NCBI GenBank assembly: GCA_965247095.1
Contig: OZ251997.1
Location: 832,001 to 896,000, forward strand
Reading direction: 5' to 3'
Source: Candidatus Multivorans sp.
Lineage (GTDB): Bacteria > Acidobacteriota > Thermoanaerobaculia > Multivoradales > Multivoraceae
Length of the DNA: 64,000 nt
This document shows, piece after piece, positions 18,503 through 27,998 of this stretch. Position 1 is the stretch's first letter. Each line of letters opens with the position of its first letter. Under the pieces are notes generated by a model. That model ran no database searches, had not been told where the DNA came from, and saw only the letters and a program-made list of their open reading frames with translations. Made by a program: the position numbers and the translations under genes.

Positions 18503-19839
18503 TGCTGCATCTTGACGAGGCCCAGGATCGGGTCGTGGATTGCCTCCGAGACTTCCTGCGCGAAAGGAGCCGCTCCTGGCGCGTTCTGCTCGTGTCGGAC
18601 GTCATGGCGCGGCAGCGCGTGGTCCTCTGGTGCCCGAAGACAAAGCGGCATTCCGCCACGGATGAGATCCAGAGGCGCCTCGCCGACGCGGGTGGGCCGT
18701 ACTGGTCCGGCGATGTCCTACTAGGGCAGGGCCCCGACGAGATGCCGGATGGCCCTTGGCAGGAAACAGCCTGGGACGAGGCGAGCGACGTCGGTGATGT
18801 GCCGGGCCTCCGTCTCCTGGAGCGGCATCTCTCCAAGGCAGGGTGGTTTGACGCTCCGGCCGAGCCGCCGTGGCTCCTGGGAAGGCGCAAGCGGGGCGGC
18901 GCCACCATCTGCGGGTTCTACTCGTTCAAGGGCGGCGTGGGCCGGTCCACGGCCCTGGCTGCTACGGCGCTGCAGTTTGCGGCCCGCGGTGATCGGGTGG
19001 CGGTACTGGACGCGGACCTCGATTCGCCAGGCGTTGGATCCCTGCTGCATGGCCACGACGGAGTCATTGCTGACGTGGGTTTGGTGGACTATCTCCTGGA
19101 AGCGCCGCTGATCGGAAACGCGGGAGCTTGTCGCCTGGATGACTTTCATCACCGTTGCCCTCCCGACCTTCATCACGGTCGAGGCGAGATCCTCGTCTTT
19201 CCTGCAGGGCGGATGAACCGCCGCTACATCGAGAAGTTGGCTCGGCTCGACTATGGCGCGAACAGTGCGGAACGTGCGTCGCATCCACTCGTCGACCTGC
19301 TGGAACAGATTCGAGCAGAACTGGATCCGCAGTGGATCCTGGTCGATGCGCGTGCCGGACTGGGCGAAGTATCCGGGTTTCTGACCGGGGGCGTTTGCCA
19401 TCTATATGTCCTGCTGGGAACTCTGGCGGACGCCAGTTGGCAAGGGTTGGAACTGGTCCTCGATCGCCTCGGCGGGCATCGCTTGCGTTCCGACCTGTCG
19501 CAGTGCGAGTGTCTCCTTGCCGCCGCGATGATTCCGCGAGGTCAGGGGGGCCAGTACGACCGCTTGATCGCCGGGTTCACAGATCGTGCGCGCGACATGT
19601 TCAGCAGGTCCTACTATGCGGAGTCGGGCGAGCGCGATTCGGCCTGGACCGTAGACGACCTCGCCAACGACAGTGACGCTCCGCACGTGCCGACAGGTCT
19701 TCCCTACGATCCCCAGTTGGCCGTGTTCACCGACTTGAGGGAGGTTGCTTCCGATGTCCTCTTGGGGTCCGGGTCCCCGTATCAGCGGCTTGCAGACCGG
19801 ATCCGAATGAGTGCAGAGCAACTGAGGGGAGGTAGGTAG
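18502..19839 (+). CDS. ParA/MinD-like ATPase with KGGVGR variant Walker A and an N-terminal extension
   Basis: FYSFKGGVGRSTAL, VAVLDADLDSPG, GLVDYL and ILVDARAGL; ~130-aa unknown N-terminal domain. Confidence 0.88.
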   Translation: MLHLDEAQDRVVDCLRDFLRERSRSWRVLLVSDVMARQRVVLWCPKTKRHSATDEIQRRLADAGGPYWSGDVLLGQGPDEMPDGPWQETAWDEASDVGDVPGLRLLERHLSKAGWFDAPAEPPWLLGRRKRGGATICGFYSFKGGVGRSTALAATALQFAARGDRVAVLDADLDSPGVGSLLHGHDGVIADVGLVDYLLEAPLIGNAGACRLDDFHHRCPPDLHHGRGEILVFPAGRMNRRYIEKLARLDYGANSAERASHPLVDLLEQIRAELDPQWILVDARAGLGEVSGFLTGGVCHLYVLLGTLADASWQGLELVLDRLGGHRLRSDLSQCECLLAAAMIPRGQGGQYDRLIAGFTDRARDMFSRSYYAESGERDSAWTVDDLANDSDAPHVPTGLPYDPQLAVFTDLREVASDVLLGSGSPYQRLADRIRMSAEQLRGGR

Positions 19840-21360
19840 GTGACGACGGGACGTTTGACGAAGGCGGCCTGCGCGGGCCTGCGTGCCGAACTGCGGGACC
19901 TCGGCTACGGGCAGGCCGAAACCGAGGCGGCGCACAGCTTCAGGCGGCGGCTGCACCCGGTTCCGCAGCATCTGCGAGCACTCGACCCCACGGTCGTGCT
20001 GGTCGTGGGTCCTCGTGGCGCCGGCAAGAGCGAGTTGTTTCGCGCCTTTTTCAAGGAAGATGAGTCAGGAGATCTGGCGGCCGCCATCCTGGCGCGTGTG
20101 GCCGACCAAGTCCGAATCTCCGCATCCCCGGAGCGGTCGACCTGGGTTGACGCGTTTCCAGCCGGAACGGACTTCCCAGACACTGGGGCCATCGCCCGGG
20201 AGATCCGCACCGAGGAGCGTGCGAAGGAGCTATGGCGCTTGATGCTGTTGCGGCGTCTCGGGTCTCATCTGAACCCGGAACGACGGCTCGCTCTGGAGCC
20301 GATGCTCCGGCATATGGCAGCTGACTTGGGTGAGGTGTTTGAAGCCGCCGACGGCCTCGATGTCAATCCGACCGCCGCTTTGGACGAGTTGGAGATGAGG
20401 CTCGAGGGGGATGATCGCTGGCTGTTTGTCGGCTACGACGAACTCGACACCCTGGGTGGTTTCGACTGGGAACTGACCGCGCGCTTGGTTCGCGGTCTCG
20501 TGTCCTTCTGGTCGGACTACAGCCGTCGATGGCGACGCATCCGCGCGAAGGTGTTTCTCCGCTCGGACCTGTTTCGACGCCATGCCGGGATGGGGACGGC
20601 AGACTTCGCCAAATTGGCGGCGAATCGAGTCGAGCTCGGCTGGCCGGACGCTGCGATTCTGGGGATGCTGATTAAGCGCATCGCGAACACTTCGGCCGGG
20701 TTGGCCGACTATTGCCGGAATGCCAGGATCGAGTTCGATGAAGACGAGGAACTCGGGCTCGTTCCCAGGATCGACCGCCCCGGTCAGGCTCATCGCCTGA
20801 TCGAGCGAATGGCCGGCGAGTTCATGGGCGCCAATCGGAAGAAGGGGCTGGTCAGGAACTGGGTCTTCGACCACCTGCGGGACGGAGTCGGCGCTGTTTC
20901 GCCGAGGAACTTCGTTCGCTTGTTCGAGCTTGCCGCGGGCAAGGAGGCAGCGAATCAGGCGCTTCGGCCCCCGCGGCTATTGCACCCGACGGCGTTGCGC
21001 CAAGCCTTGGACGACATGTCGGATGATCACGTTCGGCAGGGCGCGACCAGCGAGTGGCCCTGGCTCGATGGTGTTGGCAGGCGGCTTCGCTTGGACCCGT
21101 TGGCACCGTGGACGCGACGCCGGATGATCGGACTGCTCGAGTCGGATGAGGTGGAGGGCTGGGGAGCTCCCGGGCTCGGGGAGGTACAGCCTCCCGAGGA
21201 GGATCCCTCAGCCCTCCTGGAGTACCTGGTCGAACTCGGCATTCTGCGGCGTCGGGCAGATGATCGGCTCGATGTTCCGGACCCCTACCTGTACGGCCTG
21301 GGTCTCCGGCGAAAGGGAGGTGTGAAGGTCGGCAGGCGCACTAGGCGGCGCGCTCGATGA
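19840..21360 (+). CDS. P-loop NTPase (Sll1717-like) with probable C-terminal winged helix
   Basis: VVGPRGAGKSEL Walker A, FVGYDELD Walker B, KVFLRSDLF, SPRNF and LVELGILRRRADDRLDVPDPYLYGLGLRRKGG. Confidence 0.8.
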   Translation: MTTGRLTKAACAGLRAELRDLGYGQAETEAAHSFRRRLHPVPQHLRALDPTVVLVVGPRGAGKSELFRAFFKEDESGDLAAAILARVADQVRISASPERSTWVDAFPAGTDFPDTGAIAREIRTEERAKELWRLMLLRRLGSHLNPERRLALEPMLRHMAADLGEVFEAADGLDVNPTAALDELEMRLEGDDRWLFVGYDELDTLGGFDWELTARLVRGLVSFWSDYSRRWRRIRAKVFLRSDLFRRHAGMGTADFAKLAANRVELGWPDAAILGMLIKRIANTSAGLADYCRNARIEFDEDEELGLVPRIDRPGQAHRLIERMAGEFMGANRKKGLVRNWVFDHLRDGVGAVSPRNFVRLFELAAGKEAANQALRPPRLLHPTALRQALDDMSDDHVRQGATSEWPWLDGVGRRLRLDPLAPWTRRRMIGLLESDEVEGWGAPGLGEVQPPEEDPSALLEYLVELGILRRRADDRLDVPDPYLYGLGLRRKGGVKVGRRTRRRAR

Positions 21361-21498
21361 TGACGGAGGACCCTCGTCGGCACAAATGTGCACAGAGCCG
21401 AGTCGCAGCCTATGCGGGAACTGGTTCGGGGCCGGCGTTGACTGACTACGGCGGCTCGCCGTACGGCGAACGCCGCCGAGTCGAGCTTCGCCTGAAGC

Positions 21499-23871
21499 GT
21501 GCCTGAGACCAGGGAGATGGCATCGGGAGCTGCGGCCGTCACGTCTGCCATCGCCGACACCGCCCTTGACCGCCTGATCGCCAGCCTGCGCGACAAGGCG
21601 GCCGGCCTGGACGGCCAGGAACCGCCGGCCGCCGTGCTCTGGCCCGACCCGCAGGGCGAGTGGCGCTCGCTCATCGGTGCACTTCGTGAGCGGCTGCCTG
21701 AGCTGTTCGTGCTGGGCGACTTCGACGAGAAGGCGCGCAGGGGGCCGGCGATCTGGCTGCGGGCATTGATCGAGGGAGCGCTTGACGCGCCCTCACGGCC
21801 CGAGGGCGCGACACCGATCCTCTACCTGCCCGAGGTGTCTCGCCAGCAACTCCGGGCGGGCGACGACTGCCCGAACCGTTTGAAGCCCCTCGTGGAACTG
21901 CTCTACCGGGGCACCGTGTGGGTTCACCCGAACGGCCGCGAGTGGACGGTGCGCGGGTTCCTCGGTTCGCCGAAGTCGCTCGGCCTCGATGTGGCGGACG
22001 ACAACGCAACGAGGTTGGCGCTGCTGCAGGCTCTGCCCGAGGTTGCTGCTGTGCCCCTGTCCCGGCTCGGTGGAAGGCGCTTGGACGCGGATTACTTCCA
22101 CCGCTTGCTGACCCCCGATCTGCCGCGCGATGTCCTCCGGTGGATGGTGGAAGGTGGCGCGATGGCGGCTCGGCTCGGCGCAGAGAAGTGGGATGCCTTC
22201 CGCAGCCGTTGCCGCTCCGAACTCGGCCTCGACCCACAGACGGAACCGGATGTTGTGGCCGGGGAGCGGCTGGGCGCCGGTTCGGGTGAGTGGGCCCGGG
22301 TCTGGGGCCGGTTCCTGGAGTCGCCGGAGAACTACGCGCCCGTCGCGGACGTGCTGCTCCGAAGCCGGCCCGCATCCGTGCCGCTGTTCGATCGCGAGCG
22401 CTGGCCCCATCTGAACGCCGCCGACGAGGAGAGTCTGCGCCGGAGGCTTGGCGAGGCGGCCGGACTGAATCACGAGGCCGCCTGTGACCGGGTGATCGAG
22501 CTCGAAGAGGAACACGGCGCCCGGCGAGGCTGGGTCTGGGCGCGCCTGGGCCGATCCCCGATGGCGGCTGTGATCGGGCCGCTGGCGCAGCTCGGCCGTG
22601 AAGCCCGGACGACACTGGGAGGCGCCACGCCCGGCGAGATTGCTTCGGCCTATGTCGAGCACGGCTGGAGAGCGGATGCCGCGGCCCGGGAGGCTCTGGC
22701 AGCCGCTCGAACCGGGGAACAGGAACTTGTAGCCGGGATCGTAGGGCGCTTGGCTCTCCCATGGCTCGAGGACTCGGCTCACGCCTTCCAAAGTGCCGTC
22801 GAGCGCGAGGCATTGCCGGCGCGGGGCGATCAGCCGTTGATCGAAGCGCAGGATGATGTCTGCCTGCTGTTCGTGGACGGCCTTCGCTACGAACTGGCTC
22901 GGGCCTTGGCGGAACGGCTCGAACCGAGAGGCTTCGGCACGGACCTACAGCATCGCTGGGCGGCGCTTCCGACTCTGACGGCGACGGGGAAGCCCGCGGC
23001 GACCCCGGTGGCCGGGGACATCGGCGGGGGAATGCTCGGCGGCGACTTCGAACCGAGCTTCGTAGCCACCGGCAAGCGGGCCGATGCCCAGGCGCTCCGA
23101 GCCGCGATGGAGCGGCGCGGCTATCGGATTCTCGGCGCCGGGACGTTTGATGCGCCAATGGGCACTCAGGCCCGGGGTTGGGCGGAGTGGGGCAAGATCG
23201 ACACCCTCGGACACGAGCTTGACGCGGTGGACTTCGCTCGGAAGATCGAGGATGAACTGGAGAGCTTGAGGGAGCGCATCGCGCGGCTGCTGGCGGTCGG
23301 CTGGAGGGCCGTTCGGGTGACTACCGATCATGGTTGGCTGCTGATGCCGGGAGGCTTGCCCAGAGTGGATCTGCCGCAGCACCTGACGGTTTCGAGGGGA
23401 GCTCGTTGTGCCGCGATTGCCGGTGAATCGAGACCGGACGCGCTGATCGCGCCGTGGCATTGGAACGCGAACGAGTCGTTCGCCACGGCCAGGGGCATCG
23501 GCGCGTTCCGCCGATCGGTGGAGTACGCCCACGGCGGCTTGAGCATCCAGGAGTGCCTGATACCGGATCTCCTGGTGAGGGCAACCGGCCGGGTCGAAGC
23601 TGTGGCTAGCATCACGACGATTACTTGGCGAGGATTCCGGTGCCTGGCTGAAGCTACCGTCGGTGGCGCCGAAGTGACGGCGGACCTACGTTTGCGGGAC
23701 GACCTGAGCCGGTCCGTAGCCGGTTCCGGCAAGCCGGTGGAGGCCGACGGCCTGGTGAGCCTGCTGCTCGCCGACGACGATCACGAACATTCGCGGCTGG
23801 TTCTCGTCCTGGTCGATGACGAGGATCGAATTCTCGACCGCCGCGAGACTGCCGTGGGAGAGGACTCGTGA
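21499..23871 (+). CDS. pglZ: BREX PglZ (alkaline-phosphatase-superfamily domain, type B-like)
   Basis: AAVLWPDP, GPAIWLR, LFVDGLRYE, LPTLTATGK, VTTDHGWLL and YAHGGLSIQEC. Start may be ATG 21517. Confidence 0.95.
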   Translation: MPETREMASGAAAVTSAIADTALDRLIASLRDKAAGLDGQEPPAAVLWPDPQGEWRSLIGALRERLPELFVLGDFDEKARRGPAIWLRALIEGALDAPSRPEGATPILYLPEVSRQQLRAGDDCPNRLKPLVELLYRGTVWVHPNGREWTVRGFLGSPKSLGLDVADDNATRLALLQALPEVAAVPLSRLGGRRLDADYFHRLLTPDLPRDVLRWMVEGGAMAARLGAEKWDAFRSRCRSELGLDPQTEPDVVAGERLGAGSGEWARVWGRFLESPENYAPVADVLLRSRPASVPLFDRERWPHLNAADEESLRRRLGEAAGLNHEAACDRVIELEEEHGARRGWVWARLGRSPMAAVIGPLAQLGREARTTLGGATPGEIASAYVEHGWRADAAAREALAAARTGEQELVAGIVGRLALPWLEDSAHAFQSAVEREALPARGDQPLIEAQDDVCLLFVDGLRYELARALAERLEPRGFGTDLQHRWAALPTLTATGKPAATPVAGDIGGGMLGGDFEPSFVATGKRADAQALRAAMERRGYRILGAGTFDAPMGTQARGWAEWGKIDTLGHELDAVDFARKIEDELESLRERIARLLAVGWRAVRVTTDHGWLLMPGGLPRVDLPQHLTVSRGARCAAIAGESRPDALIAPWHWNANESFATARGIGAFRRSVEYAHGGLSIQECLIPDLLVRATGRVEAVASITTITWRGFRCLAEATVGGAEVTADLRLRDDLSRSVAGSGKPVEADGLVSLLLADDDHEHSRLVLVLVDDEDRILDRRETAVGEDS

Positions 23872-25931
23872 ACTCACTGAACCTCGAAATGGACCGTCTT
23901 GACGAACTCGCCGCGGAGGCGTTTCCGGGCTACCTGGTGCGGAAGGACTTGGTGCGGCGTTACGCCCGAACGTATCCGGTGCCGACCTACGTGGTCGAGT
24001 TCCTTCTCGGGCGCTACTGCGCGAGCGTGGACGAGGACGAGATCACCGAAGGCCTGGTCATCGTCGAGAAGCAACTCGAAGGGCGGACGGTACGGCCGAG
24101 CGAGCAGGAGATGTTCAAGTCGCGCGCCCGGGAGAAGGGCTCCGTCAAACTGATCGACATCGTCCGCGCCCGGCTCGATGCTCGCAACGATCGCTACCTT
24201 GCCGAACTGCCGAGCCTCGGCTTGAGGGACATCGATGTCGCGGACGCGATCGTCAAAGACAACCAGCGGATGCTGACCGACGGCTTCTACGCCGAGGTGA
24301 CGCTCGAGTACGACGCGGTCGTCGCAGTGGACGAGCGCGGCAACCCGTTCCGCATCTCGTCCCTCCGGCCGATTCAGATGTCGGAACCGCGGGTGCTCGA
24401 CGTGTTCGCGCGCGGGCGCGGTCACTTCACGACAGGCGAGTGGTGTGACTTTCTGATGCGGTCCGTGGGCCTGGAACCAGGGGCGTTGGACGATCGCGCG
24501 AAGCGCGTGGCCCTACTCCGAATGGTCCCGTTCGTGGAGCGGAACTACGACCTTGTGGAACTCGGCCCTCGCGGCACGGGGAAGAGTCACATCTTCCAGC
24601 AAATATCGCCGTACTCACACCTGCTCTCGGGCGGCAAGGCGACCGTCGCCAAGATGTTCGTGAACATGGCCAACGGCCAGCGCGGCTTGGTGTGCCAGTA
24701 CGACGTCGTGTGTTTCGACGAGGTCTCCGGCGTCTCTTTCGATCAGAAGGACGGCGTGAACATCATGAAGGGCTACATGGCCTCGGGCGAGTTCAGCCGC
24801 GGGAAGGAGAGCATCCGGGCTGACGGTGGCATCGTCATGGTGGGCAACTTCGATGTCGACGTGGAGCAGCAGCAGCGCATCGGGCACCTGCTCAGCCCGC
24901 TGCCGAAGGAAATGCGGGACGACACCGCCTTCCACGACCGGATCCACGCTTACGCTCCGGGCTGGGACTTCCCGAAGCTGAATCCCGAGAACCACCTGAC
25001 GAATCACTTCGGGCTGGTCTGTGACTTCCTGAGCGAGTGCTGGAATCAGTCCCGGCAGTCGAGCCGGTTGAGTGCCCTGCAGAACCGAGTCTTTTGGGGC
25101 GGCGCCCTTAGCGGCCGGGACATCGAAGCAGTCAACAAGACGTGCTCGGGCCTCTTGAAACTCCTGTACCCCGACCAGGAGATGCCAGTAGAAGATGAGG
25201 ATCTGGAGTGGATCGTGCGGCTGGCCCTGGAGTCACGGCGGCGCGTGAAGGAGCAGCAGAAGCGTTGTCTCAGGAGCGAGTTCAGCAACACGCACTTTTC
25301 CTTCACTCTGGGCGTTGATGGAGTGGAGCAGTTCGTCGCTACGCCGGAGCTTCACAGCGATGAGGCGATCGATAGCGATCCGCTACCGCCCGGACAGGTC
25401 TGGGCGATTGGTCCGGGAACCGGCGAGACGGGCGCCGGGCTGTACCGGATCGAAGTTGCGATCGGCCCTGGCAGTGGCGTGAAGATCCTCAACCATCCGG
25501 TACCGCCGGCCTTTCGCCAGGGTGTCAAGGTTGGTGAGCAGAACTTGTACCGTGCGGCGAAGGGACTCGTGGGCCATCGTGACCCGCGGGGCTATGAGTA
25601 CTCGGTTCAACTTCGGCCCTTCGATGCCGACAGGTCCGGTGTTGGACTCGGTATGCCGGTGCTGGCCGCTTTCGTCGGAGCACTCCTCGATCGCGGAACG
25701 CGCGGCGGCGCGATCGTTGTCGGCCCCTTGAATCTCGGAGGGAGCACAGACCTCATCGCGGATCCCGTCGGCATCGCCGAGCTGGCCGTGGACAAGCGGG
25801 CAACGACGCTGCTGATGCCCGTCAGCGCCCGGCGCGCGCTCAATGATCTGCCGGACGATCTCTGGACCAAGGTCAATATCGAGTACTACAGCGACCCGAC
25901 GGACGGCGTCTTCAAGGCTTTGCTGCCTTGA
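23868..25931 (+). CDS. brxL: BREX Lon-like AAA+ protein BrxL
   Basis: VPTYVVEFLLGRYC, ELGPRGTGKSH, VVCFDEV, MKGYMASGEFSRG, DTAFHDRIH and a C-terminal Lon-like domain. Confidence 0.95.
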   Translation: MNSLNLEMDRLDELAAEAFPGYLVRKDLVRRYARTYPVPTYVVEFLLGRYCASVDEDEITEGLVIVEKQLEGRTVRPSEQEMFKSRAREKGSVKLIDIVRARLDARNDRYLAELPSLGLRDIDVADAIVKDNQRMLTDGFYAEVTLEYDAVVAVDERGNPFRISSLRPIQMSEPRVLDVFARGRGHFTTGEWCDFLMRSVGLEPGALDDRAKRVALLRMVPFVERNYDLVELGPRGTGKSHIFQQISPYSHLLSGGKATVAKMFVNMANGQRGLVCQYDVVCFDEVSGVSFDQKDGVNIMKGYMASGEFSRGKESIRADGGIVMVGNFDVDVEQQQRIGHLLSPLPKEMRDDTAFHDRIHAYAPGWDFPKLNPENHLTNHFGLVCDFLSECWNQSRQSSRLSALQNRVFWGGALSGRDIEAVNKTCSGLLKLLYPDQEMPVEDEDLEWIVRLALESRRRVKEQQKRCLRSEFSNTHFSFTLGVDGVEQFVATPELHSDEAIDSDPLPPGQVWAIGPGTGETGAGLYRIEVAIGPGSGVKILNHPVPPAFRQGVKVGEQNLYRAAKGLVGHRDPRGYEYSVQLRPFDADRSGVGLGMPVLAAFVGALLDRGTRGGAIVVGPLNLGGSTDLIADPVGIAELAVDKRATTLLMPVSARRALNDLPDDLWTKVNIEYYSDPTDGVFKALLP

Positions 25932-25956
25932 TGCCGATGGCCGCGGCTGGAGCGTC

Positions 25957-27990
25957 TTGAACTACGACGGGCCCCGGGCGCTGGAGCTTCTCCGGCTTGG
26001 AACCGCGTTGCCTCGGGCGGCGTTCCGGCGCGGCCAAGAGGAGGCTGTCCAACATGTCGTCGAGGGGCGAGGCCGGCTCCTGGTTGTGCAGCGCACGGGA
26101 TGGGGCAAGAGCTTCGTCTACTTTGTCGCCGTCAAGCTCCTGCGCGAGGCCGGTATGGGACCGGCCCTTCTCGTGTCGCCGCTCCTGGCTTTGATGCGGA
26201 ACCAGATCGCCGCGGCGGAGCGGATGGGCGTCCAGGCGGCGACGATCAACTCCGACAACAAGGAGGTCTGGGAGCGCGTTGAGGGGGCGGTTCTCCGCGA
26301 CGAGGTCGACATCCTGCTCATCTCACCAGAGCGGCTTGGGAATCAACGCTTCGTTGAACGGGTCCTCGCTGCGGTTGGCGATCGGATCTCGCTGCTCGTT
26401 ATCGACGAGGCGCACTGCATCTCCGATTGGGGGCATGACTTCCGGCCGGACTACCGGCGTATCGGGAGGATCGTTGAGGCCCTGCCGCCCAATCTTCGTC
26501 TACTCGCGACCACGGCGACGGCGAACGACCGGGTCGTCCAGGACCTTCAGGCAGTGCTTGGGCCGAGTCTCGCCATCTCACGGGGCAGCCTGGACAGGCC
26601 TTCGCTGGCGCTGTGGACCATCCGGCTTCGCAGTCAGGCCGAACGGCTCGCCTGGTTGGCAGAGCAAGTGCCGGCGATGCCTGGCAGCGGCATCATCTAC
26701 ACGCTGACGGTTCGGGACGCGGAGCAGGTTGCGGATTGGCTCCGGAGCCGGGAGATGGTCGTCGAGGCCTATACAGGGGAGAGCGGCGATTGCCGCCCGG
26801 CACTTGAGCAGGCGCTGCTCGACAACGAGGTGAAGGCCCTCGTCGCAACTACCGCGTTGGGGATGGGCTTCGACAAACCGGACCTGGCCTTCGTCATCCA
26901 CTACCAGGCGCCCGGTTCGGTCGTGGCCTACTATCAGCAGGTGGGGCGAGCGGGCCGGGCTCTGGAATCGGCCCATGGCGTCTTGCTTGGCGGTGAGGAG
27001 GATACGGATATCACCGACTTCTTCATCAACACGGCTTTTCCAGAGCGCTGGCGGGTAGATGAAGTGATTGCGGCGCTGGAGGCGGCGCCGGACGGCCTTA
27101 CCGAGGCTCAAATCCTGGCGCAGGTGAACATCCGGCAGGGCCGATTGAAGCAGTTGTTGAAGATCCTCTCGCTTGAGGCACCGGCGCCTGTGGTGAAGGA
27201 GGGTTCCAGGTGGCAGTTGACGGCGGCGGAACTCAGCGAGGAGTTCTGGCAGCGAGTGGAGCGCTTGACCGCGCTACGGCGACAGGAACAGGAGCAGATG
27301 CAGGAGTATGTCGACCTGGACTCCGGGCATATGGAGTTCCTGATTCGGGCACTGGACGGAGATCCAGGCGACGTGACGGCCCAAACGCGTGTTGTCCTTC
27401 CGGTTGAGCCGAGCCGTAGCGCGGTGCTTGATGCGGTTGCCTTTCTCAAGGGCGCTTTCCGCGAGATCGCGCCGCGAAAGAGGGGCCCAAGAAAGATGAT
27501 CCCCCTGAAGAACAGAGCGGAGACTGGACGAGCGCTGTGTCACTGGAAGGATGCCGGGTGGGGGCGTCTCGTTCAGAGAGGGAAGTACGAAGAAGGCCGT
27601 TTCGCGGACGAACTGGTCGAGGCCTGCGTCGAACTGTTGCGGAACTGGAATCAGGAACCCGCGCCGCAGTGGGTAGCCTGCATCCCGTCACTCCGCCATC
27701 CGGAGTTGGTGCGCGATTTCGCCGAGCGGCTCGCCGTGGCGGCGGGCCTGCCGTTCCGGTCCTTGCTGGTGAAGGTGGAAGACCGCCCCGAACAGAAGAC
27801 CATGGAGAACAGCGCTCAGCAGGCAGCGAATGTCTGGGGCTCACTCGAAGTGGACGGTCGACCGCCGGCCGAACCGGTCTTGTTGGTAGACGACATCGTC
27901 GATTCCCGCTGGACGTGCACTGTCGCTGCATGGGTGCTAAGAAACGAGGGCAGCGGCGAGGTTTGGCCCTTGGCGCTGGCTCAGGCTTGA
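25957..27990 (+). CDS. psyrT: RecQ-family helicase with C-terminal PRTase-like domain (PsyrT/RqlH-like)
   Basis: QRTGWGKS, DEAHCISDWGHDFRPDY, TATAN, ALGMGFDKPD and YYQQVGRAGR, then VLLVDDIVDSRWT; TTG start behind GGAG. Confidence 0.88.
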   Translation: MNYDGPRALELLRLGTALPRAAFRRGQEEAVQHVVEGRGRLLVVQRTGWGKSFVYFVAVKLLREAGMGPALLVSPLLALMRNQIAAAERMGVQAATINSDNKEVWERVEGAVLRDEVDILLISPERLGNQRFVERVLAAVGDRISLLVIDEAHCISDWGHDFRPDYRRIGRIVEALPPNLRLLATTATANDRVVQDLQAVLGPSLAISRGSLDRPSLALWTIRLRSQAERLAWLAEQVPAMPGSGIIYTLTVRDAEQVADWLRSREMVVEAYTGESGDCRPALEQALLDNEVKALVATTALGMGFDKPDLAFVIHYQAPGSVVAYYQQVGRAGRALESAHGVLLGGEEDTDITDFFINTAFPERWRVDEVIAALEAAPDGLTEAQILAQVNIRQGRLKQLLKILSLEAPAPVVKEGSRWQLTAAELSEEFWQRVERLTALRRQEQEQMQEYVDLDSGHMEFLIRALDGDPGDVTAQTRVVLPVEPSRSAVLDAVAFLKGAFREIAPRKRGPRKMIPLKNRAETGRALCHWKDAGWGRLVQRGKYEEGRFADELVEACVELLRNWNQEPAPQWVACIPSLRHPELVRDFAERLAVAAGLPFRSLLVKVEDRPEQKTMENSAQQAANVWGSLEVDGRPPAEPVLLVDDIVDSRWTCTVAAWVLRNEGSGEVWPLALAQA

Positions 27991-27998
27991 GTGCAACG

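Noticed and set aside
18502-19839. Plasmid or chromosome partition ParA
   Set aside because: No parB or parS nearby, variant Walker A, extra N-domain, and embedded in BREX.
21449-21478. Hairpin (TCGCCG-TA-CGGCGA core) between the NTPase gene and pglZ
   Set aside because: Single GC-rich stem with no U-tract or second copy; cannot be told from chance.
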